Source: a virus. Taken from it: a stretch of 64,000 bases of DNA. Below are positions 1 to 9,800 of this stretch, in pieces. The translations under genes were made by a program, and so were the position numbers. The stretch is taken from positions 12,483 through 76,482 of IMG/VR virus record IMGVR_UViG_3300020027_000005. One strand, given 5' to 3'. The number at the start of each line of letters is the position of its first letter. Positions within the stretch are counted from its first letter, which is position 1. The notes beneath the pieces are model-generated. The model saw only the letters and a program-made list of their open reading frames with translations, searched no databases and was not told where the DNA came from.

Positions 1-2
1 TG

Positions 3-482
3 CCCCCTCCCGCCCCGACGGGACCCGCGTACGCTCCTGCGCCAACGTCGGGTCCCGTTCACGGACCGGCTCCTCTCGGAGCTACTGCAACTCCGGCCGC
101 TACCGGAGCGATGGCGGATCTCAAGACCGAAGCGCAGGCACTCCTCAGTGGAAACAGGGTGGGAGAGCAGCGCGTCCTCAACACTTCAGGTGGCTCAGTC
201 GAACAAGCTGGAAATGCCACCCCTTCGAAGAAGGCCCCGAAAGGTCCCTCTACACAAGGGCGTCCGGCTCCTCCAGTGCCAAAACCCGTTCCGACCACCG
301 CGGCACCAGGAACTCCGTCTCCCTTCATCGACCAGGCGAAGGCCCAGGCGATGATGGGACAGAAGTGGTTTCAGGATCTCCCTCCCGAAAGGAAGCAGCA
401 GATTCTGATGGCAGCAGGGATGGCTGGAACTGGTGCACTGGGTCTCGGAGCAGGCGTGGTCGGCTCAAGCCTCATGAACTAG
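3..482 (+). CDS. 5'-truncated Pro/Ala-rich protein with C-terminal glycine-zipper hydrophobic helix (putative virion/internal protein)
   Basis: Frame is open from the window start (PPPAPTGPAYAP...) through ORF 111..482; C-terminus ILMAAGMAGTGALGLGAGVVGSS. Confidence 0.65.
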   Translation, partial: PPPAPTGPAYAPAPTSGPVHGPAPLGATATPAATGAMADLKTEAQALLSGNRVGEQRVLNTSGGSVEQAGNATPSKKAPKGPSTQGRPAPPVPKPVPTTAAPGTPSPFIDQAKAQAMMGQKWFQDLPPERKQQILMAAGMAGTGALGLGAGVVGSSLMN

Positions 483-491
483 GGAGCGGAG

Positions 492-1013
492 ATGAACGAA
501 TTCGAACTGCACGGCCGGGTTGTCGCACAGGCCTTCTTCCTCGAGCTCGAGAAGATTGCGATGGCCGATCCGATGGACATCGTTCACGGTCTTCGAGCAA
601 ACCAGGCTCTCCGGAGTGCAGCCTCTCCGAGTCTTGTGCAGAAGCTCAAGCCGGGAACGGGGAGCTTCTTCGGGGCCGTGAAGGACAAGGTCCGTCTTCA
701 CTTGAAGGGACGGAATGTTCGGAAGAGTGCGATCAAGGACCTCGATAGCGCTTCCAAGTACACACCGGGGGCGGATGACATCGAGGACAACGCCAACCTC
801 GCCAGGGCTGCTCGAGGTCGGGAAGCCGAACATGAACTTCACGGGAAGCCGGGTGAGTCGAGCTTCTTCGGCGGAAAGAAGAAGAAGGAGCCGGTGAGGG
901 GTCACCGGGCCAGGCTTCGGGACCTCGCCTTCGGTGCGGGAATCGGTGGAGCAGGCGTGATCGGCACCAGCATGTACCTGAAAGGTGGACAGGCTGAGCC
1001 CGGCTACGAGTAA
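492..1013 (+). CDS. Hypothetical virion protein with ELEKIA motif and C-terminal glycine zipper
   Basis: GGAG RBS; AFFLELEKIA near the N-terminus; LAFGAGIGGAGVIG near the C-terminus; TAATG coupling to the next gene. Confidence 0.7.
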   Translation: MNEFELHGRVVAQAFFLELEKIAMADPMDIVHGLRANQALRSAASPSLVQKLKPGTGSFFGAVKDKVRLHLKGRNVRKSAIKDLDSASKYTPGADDIEDNANLARAARGREAEHELHGKPGESSFFGGKKKKEPVRGHRARLRDLAFGAGIGGAGVIGTSMYLKGGQAEPGYE

Positions 1014-1732
1014 TGGAAAAGGCCGAAAAGAAGACGAGGGCGGCCCAAGAGCTCGAACTCTGGCGCGACTGGAAGGCCAACCCTTCTGACGCCACGCTCG
1101 AGCCCTTGATGGCGTCCATGCAAAACGTTGTTCAACAGCGGGTGAACCAGTTTCGTGGAGCTCCCGTTCCACCTGCCGCTGTTCAGGGTTTTGCAAACGT
1201 CCAGCTCAAAAAGGCCTTCCATACCTACAGCCCGGACAAGGGAGCTTCTCTCGCGACCCATGCGAACTGGTACTTGAAGAAGGTCCAGACCTTCGTCATC
1301 AAGCACCAGAACATCGGGAAGATTCCAGACCAGCGAGCGAACAACATCGCCGAGTACCGAGCTGCGAAAGAGGAACTCCGAGAGACGCTGGGGATGGAGC
1401 CAGACGCTCTCTCCTTGTCGGAACATCTCGGCTGGAGTCAGCGAGAGGTCGAGCGGATGGAGGCAGAGCAGAGAAAGGACCTCATCGCTTCCAAGAACCC
1501 AGAAGCTGACCAGCTCGCCGAAACCTACTCGAACCGAGAGAGGGAAGTTCTACGGTACATCCACTACGACCTGACCCCGGATGAGCGCCTGGTCTTCGAG
1601 TACACTCTGGGGTTGTACGGAAAGCCGCAGATCTCGGCCACCGAGATTTCGAGAAGGATGAGTATCTCTCTTCCGAAGGTCAGCCGAATTCGAGCGAAGA
1701 TCGACAAGAAGCTTCGTGCCCGGGGTGTGTAG
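1013..1732 (+). CDS. Phage sigma70-family sigma factor (group-3/FliA-SigF-like, regions 2-3-4)
   Basis: Region 2 KAFHTYSPDKGASLATHANWYL; region 3 EELRETLGMEPDALSLSEHLGWSQREV; region 4 HTH LTPDERLVFEYTLGL...SATEISRRMSISLPKVSRIRAKIDKKLR. Confidence 0.85.
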   Translation: MEKAEKKTRAAQELELWRDWKANPSDATLEPLMASMQNVVQQRVNQFRGAPVPPAAVQGFANVQLKKAFHTYSPDKGASLATHANWYLKKVQTFVIKHQNIGKIPDQRANNIAEYRAAKEELRETLGMEPDALSLSEHLGWSQREVERMEAEQRKDLIASKNPEADQLAETYSNREREVLRYIHYDLTPDERLVFEYTLGLYGKPQISATEISRRMSISLPKVSRIRAKIDKKLRARGV

Positions 1733-1938
1733 TGGCTTTGTCCGCAGAAACCATTACCAACCTCGAGATCGCAAAGATTGCGATTCAGGAGTACCTGGAC
1801 AACCGTGTGGATGAAATCGACGACCTCGTCTTCAACCTGAAGGCATACGGGGTCCCGCTCGACTCTCTGTCGGTCAGCACTACGGAAGCTGCGACGGACG
1901 AGGCCATGGCCACCATCTCCAGCCTTCTGGCATTCTGA
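1732..1938 (+). CDS. Hypothetical protein
   Basis: TAGTG overlap with the sigma gene; fills the operon. Confidence 0.6.
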   Translation: MALSAETITNLEIAKIAIQEYLDNRVDEIDDLVFNLKAYGVPLDSLSVSTTEAATDEAMATISSLLAF

Positions 1939-1944
1939 GGAACC

Positions 1945-2535
1945 ATGGAGTCCGTTACTCTCGTCTTTCTCGATTCCATGATCGGAAACCAGGTTGTCCC
2001 CAACCTGTTGATCACGGTCTATGAAGAAGACGGGATTAACCTCGTTACCTATGGACGAACTGGGCCCGACGGTACGGTAGAGCTGCTCGCGCCTGTGGGT
2101 AACTACGTCGTCCGAACCTTCAAGATCGGAGTGACTCCGACAGAAGAGACCTTGACCGTCGAAATCGGGGGAGGTTCTTTCACCTTCTACGTCTCGACCA
2201 TCCTGGTGGCCCCTCCTCCCTCTCCGAGGGTTTGTCGGCTCTTCTCGAACTTCGTGTCGTTGAACGGACGGCCTTGGGTTCAGTTCAGACTTCAGGTCTC
2301 CAACATGTTCGACCCGAAGGCGGCAGAGGGTCTCGCGGTCGTCGAGAACACGTTGACCCTCGAGACTGACGCCGCAGGCCATGTGGAGTTCGACGTCGTT
2401 CGAGGGGCCAGAATCCGGGTCACGTTCATCACCACCCCCTTCAGCCGGGAGATCGTGGTTCCGGATAAGGCGGTCGAGAACCTTATGACTGCGCTGGGGG
2501 AGTCTACGGACAACTTCCGTGTTGTTCGGAGATAG
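1945..2535 (+). CDS. Virion protein with two transthyretin/carboxypeptidase-regulatory-like beta-sandwich domains
   Basis: GRTGPDGTVELLAPVGNYVV and TDAAGHVEFDVVRGA motifs; the C-terminal half is paralogous to the N-terminus of 6151..6825. Confidence 0.6.
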   Translation: MESVTLVFLDSMIGNQVVPNLLITVYEEDGINLVTYGRTGPDGTVELLAPVGNYVVRTFKIGVTPTEETLTVEIGGGSFTFYVSTILVAPPPSPRVCRLFSNFVSLNGRPWVQFRLQVSNMFDPKAAEGLAVVENTLTLETDAAGHVEFDVVRGARIRVTFITTPFSREIVVPDKAVENLMTALGESTDNFRVVRR

Positions 2536-2543
2536 GAGCCTGC

Positions 2544-4601
2544 ATGCCGATCAATAAGACCATCGCCAGGCTCTATTCCGCATCGCGGAACATGCTCATC
2601 AACCCCTACTTCGAGGGGATTGACGTCAACCTGGCTGCAGCGAACCTGAACCAAGACTTCCTCCCGGTTCCCCATGGGGATCTCTTTCGGTTCGCCCCTG
2701 GTTGGTTCCCCTACGGCGGAGCCGCAAATGGCGATTACGCTCGCCCCGACACCTACACTTTCTCGACGATCGACAATCCGTTCGCCAACAACACGAGTGG
2801 CGAGCGGGTGAACCAGGCCGAGACGACTTCCGACCAGCGTTACGGGAACGGCATCATCATCGAGCAAGAGTCTGGGAAGGACTTCGGAATCGTCCAGCCC
2901 ATCCTGCGGGGAGCTGCACTCAAGCGGGCGACGAAGGTCCGTATCACCGGGTGCTACCAGATCCTCCAGAACGATGGAGCTGGTGGAATCGGGTCTGATG
3001 TTTCCGGGATCCACATCTACTTGAAGAAGGAACTTCGGGCGATCAACATCGGAACCGGGAAAGTCGCCGAGGCTGCGTCGACTTCGAGCAGTGTGGATGC
3101 GAACACACTCACTTCTCCAGGAGGAACTACCTGGATTACCGACGGGGTGGCCATCGGGGACACGCTAGTCGTCCCGAACGAGGGCTACTTCACGATCACG
3201 AGTGTGGTTTCGGAAACCAACCTCGATGTGACTCCGAACATGACCCACCCTACCGGGCTCGAGGCCGGGGTCTACGTTCTCGGTCCTCCCTCGGCTACGA
3301 CGGGTCGGGCAACTGAGGACGGTCAGAGAATCGTTCTTCCTCCAGAGACTCGGTTCGTGGCCCATCTCATGCCGACCGATACCGACTTTCTTCACGCAGA
3401 TGGAGAGGCCGGAATCACGGGTACCGAACAACTCATCCGAGCGTACGACTTTCTGGCGGTGGCTCCAGGAGGGAATGATGCGCAGTACAAGCACCTGGTT
3501 CTGGGGCCATCTACGGCACTTCCTGGGGATCGAAGAGGTTTCCGGAATCCCGAAGTTCTGACGAACTTCACGGCTTGGATTCTCGAAGACCAGGTCGAGA
3601 CCAGCAACGGGAAAGGCGATGTTCTCTTCTCGTCTGACGACTCGGTCGGCGGGACCGTCACCCCGACGGAAGATCTCATCTTCTTCGACGAGATCATTAC
3701 CCTGAACGAGACCGCACCGACCAGCACCCAGGGCGAGTACTTTCTGATCATCCAGCCAGTGAAGCCCTCGCTCTCGGCATCGATCAATGGCTCGGTTTCG
3801 ATCGTGATCTGGGGAGTCTCGCTTCAGATTCTCGATAGCGCGGAGGAAGGAGAGTCAAATCTCATCACGGAGTTCACTGCCGGTCGTCGGAACTCGTCGG
3901 TGAACATGGACGGGTGGCCTGCGAAGTACCTGGCGTCCTACCCGATCTACATCCCGACGGTGCTACCCCTCAGTGTGAACTTCCGTCAGGGACATGCCGA
4001 TACCCAGGACGGGAATCCGGTCTACGCCACCACGAAGTCTTCGAACAAAGGTGTCCCTCAGCCGCCCGTCTTCCGTTTTCGGGATGGAGAGAACCCGGAC
4101 ACCGTCAACGAAGAGATCTACATCGCAGAGCAGGTTCGCTATCCTCCAGGCCTGGTCGTCGTCGGTGGCGGAGTTCCTGTCGAAGACCGGAGTGCGACGT
4201 GGTCCACGAACATGAACCTTCGACTCATCGAAGGCTTCTGTCCGCCGCCCTACAACGACAGCGATCGTTACCTGGGCGCCTTCCTCACCCACGAAGACTC
4301 GCTCGGGAGGCTTGTCGCAGAGCTGGACATTCTCCCCGCAGCAGCGGACAGCACGGTTCTTCGCTTCGACACCGTCTTCCGAAACAAGATCGGGCTGTAT
4401 GACGGCGGAGCGGACGGTGAGGCGCTGGTGAATCTGGAACAGACCAACTTCCAGCGAATGGGAGCTTCGTCCTTGTTCTTCGTGATGGTCACCCCGCTCC
4501 ACAACGACACCCCCTCCACGTCCATCATCAAGCTCCGGGACGGGTGGGTGTACGGGGTCTACGATCCACGCTGGGGCCTGGCCTCCACACACTGGGACTG
4601 A
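2544..4601 (+). CDS. Putative virion structural protein (685 aa)
   Basis: Long acidic, beta-rich ORF in the structural operon; carries one GVxxGD repeat module. Confidence 0.65.
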   Translation: MPINKTIARLYSASRNMLINPYFEGIDVNLAAANLNQDFLPVPHGDLFRFAPGWFPYGGAANGDYARPDTYTFSTIDNPFANNTSGERVNQAETTSDQRYGNGIIIEQESGKDFGIVQPILRGAALKRATKVRITGCYQILQNDGAGGIGSDVSGIHIYLKKELRAINIGTGKVAEAASTSSSVDANTLTSPGGTTWITDGVAIGDTLVVPNEGYFTITSVVSETNLDVTPNMTHPTGLEAGVYVLGPPSATTGRATEDGQRIVLPPETRFVAHLMPTDTDFLHADGEAGITGTEQLIRAYDFLAVAPGGNDAQYKHLVLGPSTALPGDRRGFRNPEVLTNFTAWILEDQVETSNGKGDVLFSSDDSVGGTVTPTEDLIFFDEIITLNETAPTSTQGEYFLIIQPVKPSLSASINGSVSIVIWGVSLQILDSAEEGESNLITEFTAGRRNSSVNMDGWPAKYLASYPIYIPTVLPLSVNFRQGHADTQDGNPVYATTKSSNKGVPQPPVFRFRDGENPDTVNEEIYIAEQVRYPPGLVVVGGGVPVEDRSATWSTNMNLRLIEGFCPPPYNDSDRYLGAFLTHEDSLGRLVAELDILPAAADSTVLRFDTVFRNKIGLYDGGADGEALVNLEQTNFQRMGASSLFFVMVTPLHNDTPSTSIIKLRDGWVYGVYDPRWGLASTHWD

Positions 4602-4604
4602 TCC

Positions 4605-5426
4605 ATGGACATCTACAACGCGGTCGTCGGAAGAGAGATGGAAGTCCCGTTGTGGTTCGGAGTCACCACGGGTCTGACTCTGGCCACTCTCGACTCTGTC
4701 GACGCGATTGACGGAACCGAAATCATCGACTTCGAGGACGACCTCGGTGCAAGCCTCGAAGAAATCGGCGGCGTTCCAGGGTACTATCTTCTGACCTTTG
4801 TTCCTCGTAGATCGGGCACCCTGTACTTGAACCTCGTAGATGGCGCCGTCGTGAACGAGTTCGTGGTTCAGTCGGTTCTGCCGGTCCCTCCCATGGTGGC
4901 AGACCCGTCCATCGAATCCGACCACACCATCACGGTCCAGGTCGGAGGAGACAACGTTCCGGGAGCGACGGTCCGGGTCTACAACGAAGCAGGGACGACT
5001 CTCCTGGCTCGAGGACTCACGGATTCCCAGGGACAGGTCACATTCGTGCTCGAGGCGGGTGCGTACCAGACCCGGGTGAGCAAGGTCGGGTACGACTTCG
5101 CCAGCGTGAACCCGACGGACATCATCGTCATTCCGAACGACAACATCGTTCCGAGGCTGGACGAGATCCTCCCTTCTTCGGCCTCGATCGGAGACACCGT
5201 CACCCTGCTGGGCCAGTTTTTCGACGACGAAGAGTCTGAAGTCATGTTCGGGGCAGCGACTCCGGAACCCGCTCTCTTCGTGAGTCCAGTGACCCGAGCT
5301 CTGATGGTGGTGGTTCCCGCAGGGCTCACCGACCTCGCCATTCCTGTTCGTGTGAGGAAGCCAGACCCGGAGAATCCGGGAGAGTACTTCCTCTCGAATG
5401 TGGTGACCCTGACGAGGGTTCCGTGA
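4605..5426 (+). CDS. Virion protein with carboxypeptidase-regulatory-like and IPT/TIG Ig-like domains
   Basis: VPGATVRVY...TDSQGQVTFVLEAGAY; PRLDEILPSSASIGDTVTLLGQFF. Confidence 0.65.
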   Translation: MDIYNAVVGREMEVPLWFGVTTGLTLATLDSVDAIDGTEIIDFEDDLGASLEEIGGVPGYYLLTFVPRRSGTLYLNLVDGAVVNEFVVQSVLPVPPMVADPSIESDHTITVQVGGDNVPGATVRVYNEAGTTLLARGLTDSQGQVTFVLEAGAYQTRVSKVGYDFASVNPTDIIVIPNDNIVPRLDEILPSSASIGDTVTLLGQFFDDEESEVMFGAATPEPALFVSPVTRALMVVVPAGLTDLAIPVRVRKPDPENPGEYFLSNVVTLTRVP

Positions 5427-6154
5427 GCGGGAAGGCTCGGACGATCGAGGCACTGGTCGGGGCTGGTGTAGGAGCTCTCGGTGGTGCTGTGGCCGGAGGT
5501 CTCTCCTACGAATCCAAGGACCCAAAGGAGTGGACCGACGAACATGGACTCACCTACGCCCGAGCCCATACGTCAGAGGAGAAAGCCGAACGTCGAAAAC
5601 GGATGCTCACGGCCGCTCTGGTGGGTGCTGGAGTCGGTACAGGGGCTAGCCTGGGCGGGAGTGCTTTCCGGCGAATGCATCTGGACAGTGCAGAAGCAGC
5701 GGCGGCCCCCGAGCTGATCAGAAACCGACTCGGTCATCTTCGAAAAATGGTCGATGAGGCCGAGGCAGGTGTCTCGGATGTCGACCAGTTCGGTCGTCGA
5801 CTCATGGAACCCGAAGTTCTGAAGAAGCGGATGGTCCTCCAGGACCAAGAACATGAGTTGCACGGTCTTCTGGGGAAGGCTCGGGAAGCGAGAAGCGACT
5901 CGCCCTGGGGCGGCTACACGCAGCTGAAGGACAAAGGTCCCCGAGAGGACCTCACCCACGAGGGTCGAGTCAATCGGCACTTCAAGGAGTTGAGGGCCAG
6001 ACATGGACTCCCCGGGATCGTGGACGAGGAGTTCTTTAAGCAGCTCCTCCACAAGAGCGCCAGCATCTCGACCATCCTGGCGGATCTGCCTTCTTCTGCG
6101 GGAAAGGCTTTCTTCAGCGAACTTCGGGAGATCAGCTCCCATGCGAGAGGGTGA
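5423..6154 (+). CDS. Glycine-zipper protein (putative virion/internal protein)
   Basis: Two ALVGAGVG(A/T) glycine-zipper helices; C-terminal KSAS...AFFSELREIS. Confidence 0.6.
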   Translation: MSGKARTIEALVGAGVGALGGAVAGGLSYESKDPKEWTDEHGLTYARAHTSEEKAERRKRMLTAALVGAGVGTGASLGGSAFRRMHLDSAEAAAAPELIRNRLGHLRKMVDEAEAGVSDVDQFGRRLMEPEVLKKRMVLQDQEHELHGLLGKAREARSDSPWGGYTQLKDKGPREDLTHEGRVNRHFKELRARHGLPGIVDEEFFKQLLHKSASISTILADLPSSAGKAFFSELREISSHARG

Positions 6155-6825
6155 TGGCCACCACGATCACCGGCACCATCATCTCTCCAGGAACTGATCC
6201 AGAACTGAACCTGTGTCGGGTGTCCGGCTACTTGCGAGATGTGGGCGGAGTTCCGTTGAGGGGACAGGCCATTACGGTCCGCCACATCTACAACCCGATC
6301 GGAATCGCCCCCGACACTCTCGTATTGAGCGAGAGAAAGGTCTATCGTACAGACAAAGACGGGTACGTCCAGTTCGACCTGCTCCAGGGAGCTTTGGTTG
6401 ATTTCGAACTCCCGAACCGACTCGCCGATCACGTCCTTCATCGCCTCGTCCCCAGTGTCGTCAGCATCGACCTGGTCGACCTCTTCTTCCCCTACATCCT
6501 CGCGATCGAGTTCGTTACGACCACCCCACAAGCCCTCGAGGTCGGGGACACACTCACGATCGCCGCCGTCGCTCTCCTTTCGAATGGCGAGACCGTGGTT
6601 CTGGCATCTACTTCGACCACGCTCGAATCTTCAGACGAAGAGGTTCTTGAAAGAACGTCGGGCTTCCTCTTCACGGCGTTGACCCCAGGATCGATTCTCA
6701 TCTCGATGACGGACTTCGACCCGGAGCCTCTGAAGCTCCTGCTCGAGCCGGATGGGGATGCGATCTACATTCAAGCTCAACCCGCCCTGGCCTTCCCGGA
6801 CGACATCGTGGTCGTCGTGTCCTAG
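6151..6825 (+). CDS. Virion protein, beta-sandwich plus Ig-like (Big_2-like) domain
   Basis: LCRVSGYLRDVGGVPLRG...TDKDGYVQFDLLQGA; LEVGDTLTI...ESSDEEV. Confidence 0.6.
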   Translation: MMATTITGTIISPGTDPELNLCRVSGYLRDVGGVPLRGQAITVRHIYNPIGIAPDTLVLSERKVYRTDKDGYVQFDLLQGALVDFELPNRLADHVLHRLVPSVVSIDLVDLFFPYILAIEFVTTTPQALEVGDTLTIAAVALLSNGETVVLASTSTTLESSDEEVLERTSGFLFTALTPGSILISMTDFDPEPLKLLLEPDGDAIYIQAQPALAFPDDIVVVVS

Positions 6826-6848
6826 GTCGGAGGAGATAGAAGACTGCG

Positions 6849-9800
6849 ATGTCTATCTCCAGAGACGATGTTCGGGAGGCCGTAGAGAGGTACATCCCCC
6901 GAACTGCGAACTTCGCCCGGTCTGCGGACCTGGGGGAGTTGAATCGCGAAGAAGTCTTCGACAGACTGCTTCACATCGTTCTGTCTGCACTCCTCGTCGA
7001 TCCTGATGCAGTTTTCTTTTCCGTGTACTTGTCGACGCAGCGTCTGCTTCAAGACATTCAGGTTGCGCTCGACGCACTCATCGACTTGGATTCCATCGAC
7101 CAACTTCGAGGAATCTCGCCTCTCCCTCCGATTCGCCTCGAGGATTTGAGCAAGCTCGAAGACGCGCAGAGTTCACTCATCGGAATGAGTGCCGCCCTCG
7201 TCGACAACCTCTTCGGCATCAACCAGTTCAACGCATTCTCGGAGGACATCACTTCCTTCCTGGTCGAGAGCGTCGTCCCGAACGTTCTCAACGGAGGGAA
7301 CAACGAGAAGTCCTCTGCGGCGATTCGAGGGTCTCTCCAGAAGGTGGCGGATGCCTGGGACGCAGTCCTGGAGCGGAGAGCCCAGATCCCGACGGCAGTG
7401 GAGGAGTACGAAAATCTGGACTTGAGAGTCCAGGTTTCCTCCACCGTGATCTCTTCCATCCGGGAGAAGATCATCGAACTCCGGACCACGCTTCCGACTC
7501 TGGCTACGACCGAACACGGGAAGCAGTCCGAGCAGATTCTGGTGGATCTGGCCGCAGCGGTGGCCTCTCTTCGGGTCATCGCCCTTTCGCCTACGCCCTT
7601 CGGTCAACAGATTTTGGGACCGTTGGACGACGGCTACACCGACGCCGAGTACTTGTTGACGGAGGGAACTGCGACTATCGAGCCTCTTCGGCCTCTTCTG
7701 AAAGGCGATGACGGGAAGCTCTTCTTCGACTCGGTTCTGGTGAGTTCCGCCGGGCAGACGGTCACCGACGGAGACGACTTCACAGCTGAGTTCACGGACC
7801 CCGATGTCTCGGACTTCACGACGGTGGTGTCTGCTGGACAGTTCCTTACCCTCGTGAACTCAGGGGAGAGGTTTCAACTCAACGCGGTCGTAGCCGCTGC
7901 GTTGACCTTGGACGGGGAGACCCGACACCTGGCCGCCTCTCCGCAGCGCTACGTCGTGACAGAGACGCCTCCAGGGACATTCTTCCGGAGCCTCGAGACC
8001 GACTTCTGGGACGAATACACCGGAGGTAGGACCGCGAGCACCGTTCTTCTCTCGGGTACGAACGGGTCCTGGGTTCGTATCGACAAGGTGGTGGGCAGTG
8101 ACGGACGGAACATCAAGGCTCAAGGAACTGCAGGAGTTGCTCGACCCTTCAAGGCCGAGGGTGGTTTCGGTCTCCAAGACGGAGGGGGGACCGCATTCCT
8201 TGATGTTACGACCCCCGCCGCCTTCCTCTCTGACGGGGTCCTGCCGGGAGATCATCTCCTGGTGGACGGGGCGAACGCCACCGGAAACCCCTACACCGTC
8301 CTCTCCCTCGTAGCGGAAGAGGCGCTCTTCGTTGTCGAGACCTTCCCAGGTCCTGGAGACTTCTCTTCGGACTGGATTGTCGAAGAAGCGGATGCCGATC
8401 ATCTCTTTGTCGTCGACGAGGATGTCTTCGAAAGAGGGGTTGTGGTCGGGGATGTCATCTTCTTCCTGAACGTCGGGCCGATTCTCACTGCCGAAATCAC
8501 AGAGATTCGAGGGGTCAATCTTCTCCTCACCGACTTCTTCTTCGACGAGAATCAGGCGGGTATTGAATGGGAGATTCGCTATTCGGACCTTTTGTTCATC
8601 TCGGACACGGCGAACTTCCTTTCGAACAACGTAGTTCCGGGCGACATTCTCGAGGTCCAGGGTGTGGAGGACTACACCATCGTTTCGGTCGACTCCCAGA
8701 CCCAGCTCACGGTCGACCCAGAGATTGACTCCTTTTTCGTCGGAAAGAATTTCCTGGTTTACCCGGACCCGACGATTACTACAAAATTCGTTCAGACCGA
8801 TGTGGACTTCGAAGCCCACGGCATCGGTGCCTTCTTCGAAGGTGTTCAGGTCATCCTGAATGCGGAGACTGGAGATCTGAACGTGGTTCGGCTCGATCCA
8901 GACGACCCGGTGCAGGCACTTCGCGTCGAGACTCCGGTGTCGGTCGATGCGGGTCCGTTGAACTGGACCCTTCGTGCAGGCGACGAGACGGATCTATTCA
9001 ACGATCCGAGCGGTCCTTTCGCCAACTACGAAGCCGGCGACATCATCGTCTACAGGCCGGGGACTGTCGACGAAAGACGTGTCGGCATTCAAGAGGTCCT
9101 TGGCCCGCAGTCTGTCCGGCTGGCTGGAACTCTCCCGCAGGGTGAGGTCGACATTCCCTATGCCGTGATCTCGGTCTGCAAGGGAGGAGTCCAGCTCATC
9201 GTTTCTGGTCGACGGCACTCCGTGATCAGCGTGGTCGACCGGCACACGCTCCAGGTCCAGCCTCCTCTCGCATTGACCATCGGCAAGGACGTGGAGTTCC
9301 TCATCGTTCGGAGTGGAAGCACTCCGCTTGCGTACCACCTCGTCGATGAGGTCACGGCCCAGACCTTTGGCGTTCAGGGTTTCCCTGCCTCCATCGTAGG
9401 GTCGGACTTCGAACTCATGAGCGGGCAGCAGGTGAAGGGAAGGGTCACCGCTCGGGTCGATGCGAATGACGATACCCGTTTCGAGAGCTTCAACATCACG
9501 GCCCAGCTGCGCATTGGTCAGAGAAAGGCAGCCTACAGACTCCGAACCCTCCTCTCGAACACGACGAACAAGTTCAAGACCGATTCCTCCAGCCCACTCC
9601 CAGCTGCCGGAGACATCCTCACCGTCTGGGGCCAGGCTCGGACTTTCGAGATTCTGGAAGTGGCGCTGGTTGGTTCGGACATCGTCCTCACGATCGACGG
9701 ACTTCTTCCGGCCAGGCTCGAGGAGCAGTCTTTCGTCGTAGTAAGAGGAGGTTCCAGAAACCACGGAAGGTTCCTCCTCCTCCAGCAGAAGTTGGCGACT

